Positions 40,059-53,222 of a stretch of DNA of 64,000 nucleotides are shown piece by piece. Where the stretch lies: assembly GCF_006345805.1 (NCBI RefSeq), contig NC_043008.1, positions 56,854,001 through 56,918,000 on the forward strand, read 5' to 3'. Each line of letters starts with the position of its first letter. Positions within the stretch are counted from its first letter, which is position 1. Below the pieces are notes generated by a model. It saw nothing but the letters and a program-made list of their open reading frames with translations, was not told the origin of the DNA and made no database searches. The translations under genes and the position numbers were made by a program. This DNA is from Octopus sinensis (Eukaryota).

Positions 40059-41269
40059 AATAAAATGTGGCACGGAAGAACGACGAGGGCACATAGGGAA
40101 GGCAGCCAAAAAACAAACCACACAAAAGGATGAGGATGTGCTCAACCCTCATCAGCTATCAAACAAAGATCATCAGAATTTCGACACCTTATCGATATTT
40201 CTTAATTCGGTGGCATCGACAGCAGAATTCTTCTGGAGTATAAATGAGCCAACATAAAGACAGGAAGAGACAGATTGTTGATATTTATCATGATACAAAT
40301 GAATATGTGGTACGAAATGGTAGTATTACAACAAAAATATGATGAAAAATATACACAAGCTATAACCGTATGGAGTTTATATGTTCAAAACATACATATG
40401 TGCTACGTACGGAAATAGCCGATGTACATACCGAATGGCATTCATATGTCCAGGAATTACATAAGCGCAATGGGTAAACTTACATGATGTGTAAATGGTA
40501 AATGGTAAAATGAGCCTTAAGCGAACGTTATTGTAAGCGAAAATATTGTGTAAGTGTTAATGATTCCCTTTATCTTTGACCATTACCATTTGATTGGAAA
40601 ATGATTTCAGTTAAATTGTCTTGCTTTGTGTTTTATGTTCCTGCTTTCTGGACCGACAAGATTTTTTCACTTATCAATCTTATATTTTGTTTCATTTATT
40701 TGACATATGGAAGGAGAGAGTGCTGCACCAGCTCTTTGTTCGTTGTCGTTTTCAACTGAGTAGATGAAAGCAATGTCAAATAATAGAGTACCTTGCTCAA
40801 GGTGATAATACACCATCCGTACTAGGAATCGAACAACGTAAGACATAGTTTTTTGTGAGCGGAACACCCTCTTCACTGGGTCACATGTTGCTATGACACA
40901 ATTGAACAGATATCTTTCTCTTTATATATGAGTAAATTTTATAAGACTATGTTCAAGAACTATTTATCTTATTGGAGGTCACCCCTAAGAAAATGGTGTG
41001 CAAACATCGATAAACACGTTTCAAACAACAACTCAGTTTGTTGGGACACAGAAACGAAATACAAATGCAAATAATTGAAGAGAATTTAGACTAAAATAGG
41101 ATTAAAATGGCGACGGAAGATTTAAAAACAAGTAAGATTATATCTGTCAAGGAGATAAAAAAAAGAAGGACGAGACTTCTTGATAGAAGATAGGAGGCTC
41201 CAGATCTGACGCTCCACTTCAAGAGTTGGCAGGAACAGTGAAAGGATGATTATTGTACAGAGACATCAA

Positions 41270-41490
41270 AGGATGGTGAGGTGGAAGAATCGTTAGCACG
41301 CCGGAGATAATACTTAGCGGCATTTCCCGTGTCTCTATTTTCTGATTTAAAATTCTGCCGAGATCGACGTTACCTTTCACTCCTTCGGGGTCGCTGAAAT
41401 AAGTACCATTTGAGTAATGGGGTCGATCTAATCTACTAGCCTCATCCTCTAAAAACAAATTCAGGCTTTTTGTCTATAGTAGAAAGGATT
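41270..41490 (+). mobile_element. SINE A, diverged, alternative tail
   Basis: gaatcgttagcacgccgg...cctttcactccttcggggtcg...agtagaaagga. Confidence 0.7.
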
Positions 41491-43469
41491 TTTCGAAAAA
41501 TAATTTATTTAATGATTAACCAAGAGATGATCAGAAGAATGTTCGACAGAACAATGGCGTTAGAAATAATTATAGAATAAAGTAATGAGTAACGATGAAA
41601 GACAGGTTGAAATTTAATTTCTAAAGTGTTTTCTTTTCAAAACAAGAAGTTTGCTATCACAAGTAATTACAATATACTTCATAATATGTATCTGATTAAT
41701 GCAACACGCTTCGAGAAACATGGCTTCTGTGATGTTCGTGGTTTTTTCAGCTTAATTGGAATGTATGAATTAAAAATATATTTCCTTTATAGACCGTCCT
41801 TTACCAGAAATACATGGAGGAATTATTCTTTCAAGTCCTAGCTCAAACACACGTTTTAAAAATATAACTTTATATTTAATCATATATAATCAAATTTAAT
41901 TAATAGTATGTATCTGAGGGTCACTACGATGGATGAAACGCAAATTCGATCACACGGTTAAGTATAAGAACGTTAAGAGAGCTATAAGATGACAATACTG
42001 CACAGCAACATAGAAGTTTTGCGTTATCTTCGTTAAGATCTTTTACCATAGTAAGTTCAAGATCCGTAGAAGTCAACGTTTAATTATATGATGAGTAAGG
42101 TTTCTAACATAAACACCAGTCATATACAGTTATTGATACAACCAATATGTCCCATTACAAAACTTGTAACCCGTTGACGATATCAGAAATGAATATGTCA
42201 GCGTTACGAATCATTTTAAAATAAATTATTGCGACAACTATTGCAATGCATTCTAAGTTTGGTGCTGCTTTTCACTTCCCAACAGTCCACGAAATTACTA
42301 AATTACCATATCTATCTGGCTTAGCATATATGAATAATTATCTCGTTAAATGTTTGGTGTATGTAACATTTCTGCAATAGTGAATACCAAATGTTGCGGT
42401 TATCAAATTTACTACTGCGAAGAGTATAATTGTAGTACGTATGTCACTAGAATAACGAAGTGCAGCTTACAACTAAATACTAGGTTGTGTTTGGCACTTT
42501 CTCTATAAACTATAATCATTAGCTCTCTACGACATTTATGAGCAAACGATCCCAATATATATTGTCTATACTTTCAAAATATGCACATAATCTTGTCATT
42601 TCCATGAACAAAATAAACCCACAAATACACACATATATATGAAGAGAGTGACATAAATATATATACATATATACAAACCATATAGGTGTACATATACAAA
42701 CACACAAGCACACACACACACACACATATAAGTATTGATATTAGTGTTAGAACAAGTGAATGTTTTGTTCCTTGGTTTTTTAATATAAAGGCTTCCATGT
42801 TTCCAAGGAAATAAAATGAAATCAGAAAATAAAATATATAATTTATGTATTTGCGTTATTTTCAGAATTCAAAAATCATTCTGAAGCGCTAGACGGAAAA
42901 ATTTACTGTTATAGCATAAATATTCTATTTCATTGTACTATATTTTAATTTATATTATGCTATTTCATTTCTCTGGAAAGTTTGCAATTTTTCGAAACGT
43001 GTATTTATAACTAAACTAAGGCAGAAATCCTTCATTTCTTATTAACATTATTGTTTTTACCATCATCCTACAATACACTACAGTATACTCTACAACTAAC
43101 GTATGCCGCCTCTACACACACACGCACTCGTATATGTATGTATGTAAGAATATGTGTATATATATATATAAAATTAATAAATATTAGGGTAGCAAAAACG
43201 TTTTAGAAAAATTATTTGCTAAACGTGGTCTAGCGAGAAGAAAAGATTAGTCAATAGACTATATATTATTCATATAAAAATATAATGTACATTTATACAC
43301 ACAAGATGGCCATAACAGGAAATCTGACCCGCTAGAAAGAGTAGTTAAACTATTAGTGGTTTGTAGTTTAATTACTCTTTCTAGCGAGTCAGATGTCCTG
43401 TTATGGCCATCTCTTATGTGTTTAAATGTACACTGTATTTATATATCTAATATAATATATATATACATA

Positions 43470-43795
43470 TACGAAGTGGTATCAAAACGGTCCCGGACTA
43501 GTCCTATAGTGCGCCAACAGATGGCAGCACACGGTTCCCATCGTGAGTTCCTAGTCAAAAATAGAATGTCATCGCTTCCGCACGCGCCGTATTCACCAGA
43601 TTTTGAACCAGCAGAATTACATCTCTTCCCCAAGATGAAGAAACAGCTCGATCGCTGCCGTTTAACACCGTTGTCAAGATGCAAAACGAATCACAGAATG
43701 TCTTCGACTCGCTTATGATAAACTGCTTCTAGGACGGATTCTAAAAGTGACAGGAACGTGGGATCGGTGTTTCGTTGCCCAAGGTGACTATTTCA
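43470..43795 (+). mobile_element. Internally deleted mariner (DD34D-type) remnant
   Basis: TA|cgaagtggtatcaaaacggtcccggact terminus fused to C-terminal transposase coding sequence: PHAPYSPDFEPAELHLFPKMK (cf. YSPDLAPxD) and WDRCFVAQGDYF. Interrupted by SINE B. Confidence 0.85.
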
Positions 43796-43961
43796 CAGGC
43801 GAGGAGTGGCTGTGTGGTAAGTAGCTTGCTTACGAACCACATGGTTCTGGGTTCAGTCCCACTGCGTGACACCTTGGGCGAGTGTCTTCTACTATAGCCT
43901 CGGGCCAACCAAAGCCTTGTGAGTGGATTTGGTAGACGGAAACTGAAAGAAGCCCGTCGTT

Positions 43962-44042
<81 letters not shown>

Positions 44043-44285
44043 ATATTTATATGCATGTGTGTGTATATATTTGTGTGTCTGTGTTTGTCCCCCCACCAAC
44101 ATTGCTTGACAACCGATGATGGTGTGTTTACGTCCCCGTAACCTAGTGGTTCGGCAAAATAGACCGACAGAATAAGTACTAGGCTTACAAAGAATAAGTC
44201 CCGGGGTCGATTTGCTCAACTAAAGGCGGTGCTCCAGCATGGCCACAGTCAAATGACTGAAACAAGTAAAAGAGTAAAAGAGTAA
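43796..44285 (+). mobile_element. SINE family B, full length with expanded central (TA)n
   Basis: ggcgaggagtggctgtgtggtaagtagc...gtgacaccttgggcgagtgtcttc...gaaacaagtaaaagagtaaaagagtaa. Confidence 0.92.
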
Positions 44286-45198
44286 TCCGGGAACATTTTC
44301 ATATCACCACGTATAGGAATATGACAATTTAGGTAGATTACAGAATAGTGTATTGGTAAGAATAATCAGGTTAGACTTTAAGTAACGTCTTTTGCTATAA
44401 AGAAAGAATATCAAGAAATTTGGTAGGTTTAACGACAGCGAAAACCAGGACTCAGTCAATCAAAAATTACCTTTATCTACTACAGTTCAGAAAAAGGAAT
44501 TGATGGAATAACCACCATGCTTAAAAAGTAAGTACTAAGCTAATTTATGCAACTAAACCCTTCCGAATAGTGCGACAGGATAGTCGCCGCTCAATGACTG
44601 GAACAATTAAGATAAAATATATTTGGTTAAATAAACAGCAAATACACGAAGATAGTTCATTCTTGGTAGTCGTAAATGAATTAAGGAAACTTTAAAGAGG
44701 CCATGAGCAACATCCCCACCCCATGGGATTTTCTGAAAGGCACACCAATGAAAAATTACATTTATTTATTATTATGTGATCCTCTAGATGATGATCCATG
44801 TCTCGTGAGTCCCACTTCTAGAAAAATGTGGCCCATTACCTATTTAGTATATAGATAGGTGTAAATTTGTAGTTGTATGATATTTATAAGAACTCGGTAT
44901 AATATTTCCTACATAATACCAAGGCAATCATCAAATTTGTCATTTTCTTCACACGAGAAGAAACATACACTGTTATGTTAAAACTGGAGAACTCTATGTA
45001 GGTGAAGAACAGAGTGCAATAAAAATCTGCATAGATAGTCATTTCGCTTCCCTTACGGCGATAAAGCCAATGGAGGAGATATGGATATAGCAACATTCCC
45101 ATTCTTCTCACACAAATATGCAAGGTTGAAGTTAAGATCGACAACATGGCACATTTTATCTTATTCTGTGGCAAAATCGCCTCTATATTCTGTGTTAT

Positions 45199-45586
45199 TT
45201 GGAAGCACTCCGTCGGTTACGACGATGAGGGTTCCGGTTGATCCAACCAACGGAACAGCCTGCTCGTGAAATTAACGTGTAAGTGGCTGAGCACTCCACA
45301 GACACGTGTACCCTTAACGTAGTTCTCGGGGATATTCAGCGTGACACAGAGAGTGACAAGGCCGGCCCTTTGAAATACAGGTACAACAGAAACAGGAAGT
45401 AAGAGTGAGAGAAAGTTGTGGTGAAAGAGTACAGCAGGGATCACCACCATCCCCTGCCGGAGCCTCGTGGAGCTTTAGGTGTCTTCGCTCAATAAACACT
45501 CACAACGCCCGGTCTGGGAATCGAAACCGCAATCCTACGACCGCGAGTCCGCTGCCCTAACCACTGGGCCATTGCGCCTCCGCATC
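45199..45586 (-). mobile_element. SINE family C with tail type 2
   Basis: Same head as the other C copies, distinct ~200-bp tail. 9-bp TSD ctgtgttat at 45190-45198 and 45587-45595. Confidence 0.9.
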
Positions 45587-45781
45587 CTGTGTTATATATG
45601 AGTTATGAAGATACCGACCAACATAACTGACTAATTCGATTGTCATTTGCTTGTCTGCAATCAGATTAAGAATATATTAGAGATCATAAAGCCTTGTATG
45701 TCAAACTAAAAGCATTCTGTAAAGAATCCTTCCCCAAATAAGAAAGTAAACACTACCAACCAACATATAAATGAATATAAA

Positions 45782-45836
<55 letters not shown>

Positions 45837-45864
45837 TATATATATACATACACACACACACGCA

Positions 45865-45901
<37 letters not shown>

Positions 45902-46027
45902 ATATAAATAATATATAAATATACGCATATATACATATATGTACATACCTCCATATATATATACATGCACATATGGGTACAGGACATCAAAAAACGTTGA
46001 ACACGCATCTTTTCCAAGTAAGTTTTA

Positions 46028-46070
<43 letters not shown>

Positions 46071-47299
46071 GTTCCTGTGTGTAATAGTATTTTATAAGGA
46101 AATAATTATTAGCAAGCATGGGGATTTTAGTACACTACAATCCTAAGGCGTAAGTTTAATGCGTTTGTTCTAGAAATCCAATATTATGGAATGTACCATC
46201 ATCATAAACGCGTTTTCGATAGAAATTACAGAGCGAAACAGCCAATGTAGCTTCTGGAATTATTTAAAATAAATACAGAAACGTTGATTCTCTAGATCTC
46301 ACACTGTTTAATCAATCTAATGTTAGCATAACGTACTCTGTGATCGTGTACTAAGATCTTAGGGCGATTCATCATATCATCAGGTACAAAAGCTGCTTTC
46401 GTACCTGCTGTGTTTTGACGTATGTATATTTCCATGAATTTTACATGACCGACCAAACTCAAATAAAATCTTGCAATTAATATGTAGATATCCAATAATG
46501 CAACTGAATATTTTTCGTATTTCGTTGAACTTTCTTTCATTTTGTGCCTGTTAACTCTAATTTATAGTATATGGATTTAGAGGCTTCGAGAACGAGAAAT
46601 AAGTTTCATTTTTGTTCTTGAACGGTGATTTTTGAAGTAGCTAATGCTATAAACTTCGGTTCAAAAAATCTTTATATAAAAAAGTTGAAGGCTTTGTTTC
46701 TTATAACGCCAGTCATGTAGACAGATCTGCGTTCGTGTCCCACGGGTAGGCTTCGATTTTTTCTCTCCGTTGTCTATTTTAACTCATATATACACGTTAT
46801 TATTTATAACTTTATCTGCTTCGAGATTCACCATTCCAAGAACTAAAAGTCTTATATCGCAAAATGTGGTTTTACAGAATTAGGCTTTTTGCAGCATCAG
46901 TTATTCTCTCCACAAATACTGGTTTCAAATTTTGACACAAGGCCAGTAATTTCGGGGTTACATGTTAAGTCGATTACATCTACCCCGTTGTTCAACATGT
47001 ACTTTTTTTATCAACACCGAAAGGATGAAAGCCAAAGCCGACCTCCACAGAATTTGAACGTAGAACGTAAGGAAGGTTGAAATACCGCTAATTATTTTAC
47101 CTGTCGTTCTAAAGATTCTCTCAGCTCACTGCCTTCACTCACAAGAAATAGTGATTTCAAATTTTGGCACAAGGCTTATAATTTCGGTTCGGCGATTGAA
47201 ATCGAACCCAGTGCTTCACTGGTACTTATTTTCTGAACCCCTAAAGGATGAATGACAAAGTCGTCTTCGGTGGAATACCCTCAACAAATATTGACAACA

Positions 47300-47725
47300 T
47301 AGGCGCAGGTGTGGCTGTGCGGTAAGTAGCTTGGTTACCAACCACATGGTCCCGGGTTCAGTCTCGCTGCGTGGCACCTTGGGCAAGCGTCTTCTACTAT
47401 TGCCTCGGGCCGACCAAAGCCTTGCAAGTGGATTTGGTAGACGGAAACAGAAAGAAGCCCGTCGTATATGTATATATATATATATATGTGTGTATATATG
47501 TGTGTGTGCGTGTTTGTGTTTATGTCTGTCCCCACAACATCGCTTGACAACCGATGCTGGTGTGTTCATGTCCCCGTAACTTAGCGGTTCGGCAAAAGAG
47601 ACCGATAGAATAAGTACTAGGCTTACAAAGAATAAGTCCCGGGCTCGATTTCCTCGACTAAAGGTGGTGCTCCAGCATGGCCGCAGTCAAATGACTGAAA
47701 CAAGTAAAAGAGATAAAAGAGTAAC
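47300..47725 (+). mobile_element. SINE family B, full length
   Basis: ggcgcaggtgtggctgtgcggtaag...ggcaccttgggcaagcgtcttc...gaaacaagtaaaagag. Confidence 0.92.
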
Positions 47726-48289
47726 ATAAACACAAGACCTCGTACATTTCCCGTTAATTTTTTGTTTGTCTGGTTGGGGTATTGATTATATCAATTCTAC
47801 TACTTGATTTGTTGATGTCATAAGAATTTAGAATCTTCGAGAGAACTTAAAATAATTCTGTTTAGGAACAGTGGATCTCGAAAGAAAAAAAGCTATGAAT
47901 AATACCGTGTAAATGTATTGGATTGGAAAACAAGTTTGATAGAAAATGTTGAAGGGGGCCATTCGCACTAATACATTATTTTACTAGTACATTAGTTCAT
48001 CTTCTGCAAAAGTGTGAAAGACAAACTCCACTTGAGCGAGATTTGGACACTAAATGTGAAGGGTCTTGATATGAATACCGCAAATTATTTTAATATCCAC
48101 CCCTATAAGTTTGGAATTTTAGAAAATTCCCTTAATCCATCGCTTCTTTGTTAAACAATTATTATAACTAATTTACTACAGCACCAAGACATGGTATATT
48201 GTTATTATTCAACCAATGTAGAAAGTAAGCTATACTTCATCATATAGATCCCTTAATTGATGCATCTAGTCGTTGGAGCGCCCCTCTAA

Positions 48290-48680
48290 ATGCTTTCATT
48301 GTTAGCCGTTGTCACTGGTCTCTGCTATGCCATGCCTAGCAGGTTCGCTGCATCGTGACGTATGTAGTCCTTGATATTAGCAAACCAGTGTTTACTCTGC
48401 CTGCCCCTCTTTCAGCCTCCCTCGACTTTGCTCTGAAGAATGGACAGGGAGTTGTGGCGGGATATATGACCGGAAGCTATATTTAGGGAATATTAAATCA
48501 GACATGGCTATGTGACTGAAAATGTCGCTTTGCAATAGCATGGTTTGCTTTCGATCCTTGTTTCTTGGGTTCAGTCCTTGTTTCAAGCCACTGTTTCTAG
48601 TATATCGAACTACAAAGATCTGATCTAAACACTTACGACGATATGGACTCCGCAAAAGTATTGAAGCGGCGGGTGTGTTT
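48290..48680 (-). pseudogene. Probable RTE-clade LINE ORF2 3' fragment
   Basis: Minus-strand RKCLDQIFVVRY...SHIAMSD..FPK...RGRLK and, after a frameshift, WFANIKD. Resembles the RTE C-terminal CLRxI...GH..R...RGRP..W.DNIK pattern; heavily decayed. Confidence 0.45.
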
Positions 48681-49001
48681 AACAGAATGATAGATTGCCA
48701 TCAGACAAAACAGAAACTATTCTTCAACGAGATTTCCGACAACCAAATTTCACCTGCGGGTCTATAGTCGAATGGAAGCTGTTGCAGACGATACTTTCCA
48801 AAGTTCTCATTCAGAGAGTCGAAAGACGAAATTACAAAGTTGCAAAATGAATTTTTGTAACCACATATATATGTGTGCAGAAGGAATGGAACACAGATTG
48901 ATAGAAAGAGAGTGGCGTATGCGCTACGTTAGAGGGAGAATTTATGAACTATCTCCATGTGTAAAGTTGTAGTAATGAGGGGTTTCTTCTTATTGAGAAT
49001 A

Positions 49002-49316
49002 ATCACCGTGATCACCGTGACCGACCAGGCCATCAGATGTTGTTACACATCGCTGGTCACAATGCGTTTCGCATTGTTTTAGCCTTCAAGTGACGCCAAC
49101 CCCGCTGGCTAAGCGAGCAGGCCAATAGAAAAAAAGAGTGAGAGAAAGTTGTGGGAAAAGAGTACAGCAGGGATCGCCACCACCCCCTGCCGGAGCCTCG
49201 TGGAGCTTTAGGTATTTTCGCTCAATAAACACTCACAACGCCCGGTCTGGGAATCGAAACCGCGATCCTACGACCGCGAGTCTGCTGCCCTAACCACTAG
49301 GCCATTGCGCCTCCAC
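49002..49316 (-). mobile_element. SINE family C with tail type 3
   Basis: Same head; tail ends in repeated tcacggtga. 10-bp TSD attgagaata at 48992-49001 and 49317-49326. Confidence 0.9.
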
Positions 49317-49809
49317 ATTGAGAATAGGACAAAAGAGAATAAGACCTGTAACACAGGTGGGGATCGACTGCAGGCAACCTATCAAGGCTATACGGTGCAA
49401 CATAGAAGTATAATCATATATTGGTTGTTACGAATTAGTACAGCAGTTACATAATCCTGTTGATAACCAAGCGGTGTTCGTTTTTAATGTGTTTTGCGCT
49501 GAGTTCAAATCCCGTCGGGGGATATTTTATATTTCGGGCTACGAGATCGATATTAAAGTACCAGTGAAGTACAAGGTTAATTCCCACCTCACTTCCCCGT
49601 CTCTCCTTTCCACTCCATCACTTTCTCTCTATCCCGTTTTCTCACTCTCTCCCTCCGTCAATCTCTCGCTCAGATTCTGTTAAGTTGAAGGGATCAAGTA
49701 ACACTAGGGTTCACATCGCCACCCTAACAGCCCTGCCGCCCTGAATGTACGTACTCGACATGAAAGAGATTTTTAAAGTATACTATTTACAATATCAACT
49801 TATATATAT

Positions 49810-49862
<53 letters not shown>

Positions 49863-49866
49863 TATA

Positions 49867-49953
<87 letters not shown>

Positions 49954-49958
<5 letters not shown>

Positions 49959-50170
49959 TAATCCAAACATGAAAACACAAAGAGAAAACGCAACAACGTG
50001 AGGACGTGGAACAAGTATAGTGTTATTGGACGCTCAGAAAAGGAAACAAAGAAGGAGGAGTTAACGTTTCGAGCGGAGCTCTTCGTCAGAAACATAGGAA
50101 AAAGAAAAGTTGAAGGAAGGGAAGACGGAGAAAAAAAATCGCCAACGATACACATACTGTCACATATTGA
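49954..50170 (-). mobile_element. Short (TA)n-embedded element carrying a minimal hammerhead (retrozyme or solo pseudo-LTR-like)
   Basis: Unique ~215 bp between TA/CA tracts; contains the motif at 50060-50093. Confidence 0.6.
50060..50093 (-). ncRNA. Minimal type I hammerhead ribozyme motif
   Basis: Minus strand: guuu-CUGACGA-a-gagc(ucc)gcuc-GAAA-cg-UU-aac. Intact core, 4-bp stem II, palindromic AACGUU stem III, weak stem I. Confidence 0.7.
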
Positions 50171-50193
50171 ATATATATATAGATATATATACA

Positions 50194-50230
<37 letters not shown>

Positions 50231-50544
50231 CATATATATATATATTAGAATCAATAAACGCATTTAAACGTTGGTTGAGAATTTAAGTGATATCTAATGA
50301 ATTTAACAAATCCACTCAGACTCAAGGCAATTAACTCTGCTATAAATTATACTTAAATCTCAAACGCATTCCATCGTAAAATAAATTGAGTTTTCAAGAA
50401 GCGATCCCCGAGCATTAAAAACATATTTAAAACAAATTAATCCACGTTTAGATCGTTGCGAACGCATACGAAAAAGAATATTTGCATAAATGAAGTTATT
50501 TATTTACAAGGATTTCTCAAAGCTATAGCAAACACAAACATATA

Positions 50545-50611
<67 letters not shown>

Positions 50612-50714
50612 GATCGTAAAGTCACGTACGTAACTGCCAATGGAAGAGATTTGAAATAGAGACAAAATCTATTAAATTCCACAATTATGGAGCACTGAGA
50701 TGTGAAATTCTTAT

Positions 50715-50745
<31 letters not shown>

Positions 50746-51034
50746 GTAAAGAGCGAGAGTGTGTGGAGGGACCGAGGGATACGTAAAAACGCACTATTAT
50801 AGAAAGAGTTAATTTTTATAGTTTTCTGTGGTTGAAGAGATTATATATTTATTTGAAGCACTTATGCAATTGAATCGACAAATACTCGGGCGTGTGTGGT
50901 TTATGAATATTAAAAGCCACGCAGATGGAAGTCAAATACGAATAAAAGAAGCGAAGTTCATATTAATAACAAAAGTAGAATCCTGATTCAGCTCTGCGCT
51001 TGATAATCATGACCACGCAAAACCGTCCAATGGC

Positions 51035-51146
<112 letters not shown>

Positions 51147-51591
51147 TTCATCCTACATTTAATACGACTAGAAATCCACTAAGTCTGATAATATGCAACA
51201 TATTTATTCTAGATGTGTTAGCAATTCTAATATCTTCAGAATTATTTCGTCTCATCTGCTTCTCTTTTTCTTTTCGTTCTACAATGAATCACATTCCACA
51301 ATGGAAAAAATCAGACAATCCAAATATTTATTCATTATATTTAATTTCTATTGGTCTTTTAGTACTTCATTGCAAATTCACAACCGGAATTCTTCACTTT
51401 GTTCCAAACCAACGCTGCTTCAAAAAATGTTATAAGAAAAACACAAGTCACATCACAATAGAATAAATTAAAATAGTTGAATTTTTATCACCTTCGACAT
51501 AAAGGAATGTTTCTATGTACATACATACATATATATAAACATAAACACATATATATATTCTGTATCCTACGCACATCACACGCAGACAGAT

Positions 51592-51712
<121 letters not shown>

Positions 51713-51971
51713 TGTATATACATATATATATATATATACTTATGCATATATACATGTATATATATGCATATATATATATAATGTATATACATATGCATAT
51801 ATATATATGTGTGTGTGTATATATATATATATATATAAAAAGAGCAATAAAGATTCAAGTTAATTTAAATGAATTTACTTGAATATGGTACCTAACTTAG
51901 ATGCACCAAAAAAAAAAAAAAAAAAAAAAACTATACTGATTTAACAATACAGTAATGTGGGGTGATTATAA

Positions 51972-52507
51972 GCGAGAAAGAAGCAACAAGAATGGATAGG
52001 TTTTTAGTACGATCGTTTCATACAAGGACAGGTTTTATTAAAAGTTGCAAAGATTACAGCATATAAACGAGTCCCGTACTCATCAGCTAAAATACATGTA
52101 AGTTCTCTAGACATCCTAGTGTTTGAGGCTATACTCATGAAGTAATGTAGATAATTAAGTAACATAAACAGATTTCTAAAGTTCATTAAAGTTCTTTAAA
52201 GATGATGTACAGTCTTATCACAGAATTTTGATGCTATCAAAACTTTTTTAAAATTCTGTGATAAGACTGTACATCATCTTTAAAGAACTTTAATGAACTT
52301 TAGAAATCTGTTTATGTTACTTAATTATCTACATTACTTCATGAGTATAGCCTCAAACACTAGGATGTCTAGAGAACTTACATGTATTTTAGCTGATGAG
52401 TACGGGACTCGTTTATATGCTGTAATCTTTGCAACTTTTAATAAAACCTGTCCTTGTATGAAACGATCGTACTAAAAACCTATCCATTCTTGTTGCTTCT
52501 TTCTCGC
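51972..52507. repeat. Long palindrome: 258-bp arms, 20-bp spacer
   Basis: 51972-52229 is the reverse complement of 52250-52507; the track shows an identical 60-aa ORF on both strands. Confidence 0.95.
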
Positions 52508-52508
52508 G

Positions 52509-52547
<39 letters not shown>

Positions 52548-53034
52548 ATGTATATGGAGAAATATTACATATATACACACATATATATATAAACATATAT
52601 ACATATAAACGTTTCTTATATATAATATATACATATATATCATATTGGGGGCACAAAACATACATACACACATACATACATACAAATATTATAGCGTGAC
52701 AGAAGGAAAATCTCAAAAGAAATGTATAAAAGAATAAACATACTAATTTTCTGAGGGATTAACCATCACTAAATAGAAGTGGATACAATGGCTTTCATTC
52801 ATGTCTTTGTTTTATTGTCTTGTGTTAATTATATTCTCACTTTATAGTTGACACTTGACTCGATGATTTTAAATACAAGTCACGAAGCTTAGAATGAGTA
52901 AATGAAGAAAAAAATGCCTTTGATGAAAATTTTGATCATGATTTAAGTCTGGTGTCTCGTTCGATCGAATCGAAATTACATGAAATATTGATTGTAATGC
53001 ATGCATCTGTCTCTCTCTATATATATATATACAC

Positions 53035-53137
<103 letters not shown>

Positions 53138-53159
53138 ATGTTACATTACTCGGTAGTCA

Positions 53160-53222
53160 AGATAAAACTCTGAGTTTCAGATGCCGAAGTGGAAATCCAC
53201 AACACCATCTCTTCGGTTATCT
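53160..53222 (-). ncRNA. Variant type I hammerhead-like motif (PLE copy 1)
   Basis: Exact reverse complement of 55008-55070. Confidence 0.6.

Noticed and set aside
40130-40190. Two minus-strand CUGAUGA motifs near the old PLE fragment
   Set aside because: No correctly placed downstream GAAA or stem set to complete a hammerhead.
52004-52475. Identical 60-aa ORF on both strands
   Set aside because: A consequence of the palindrome; no coding evidence.
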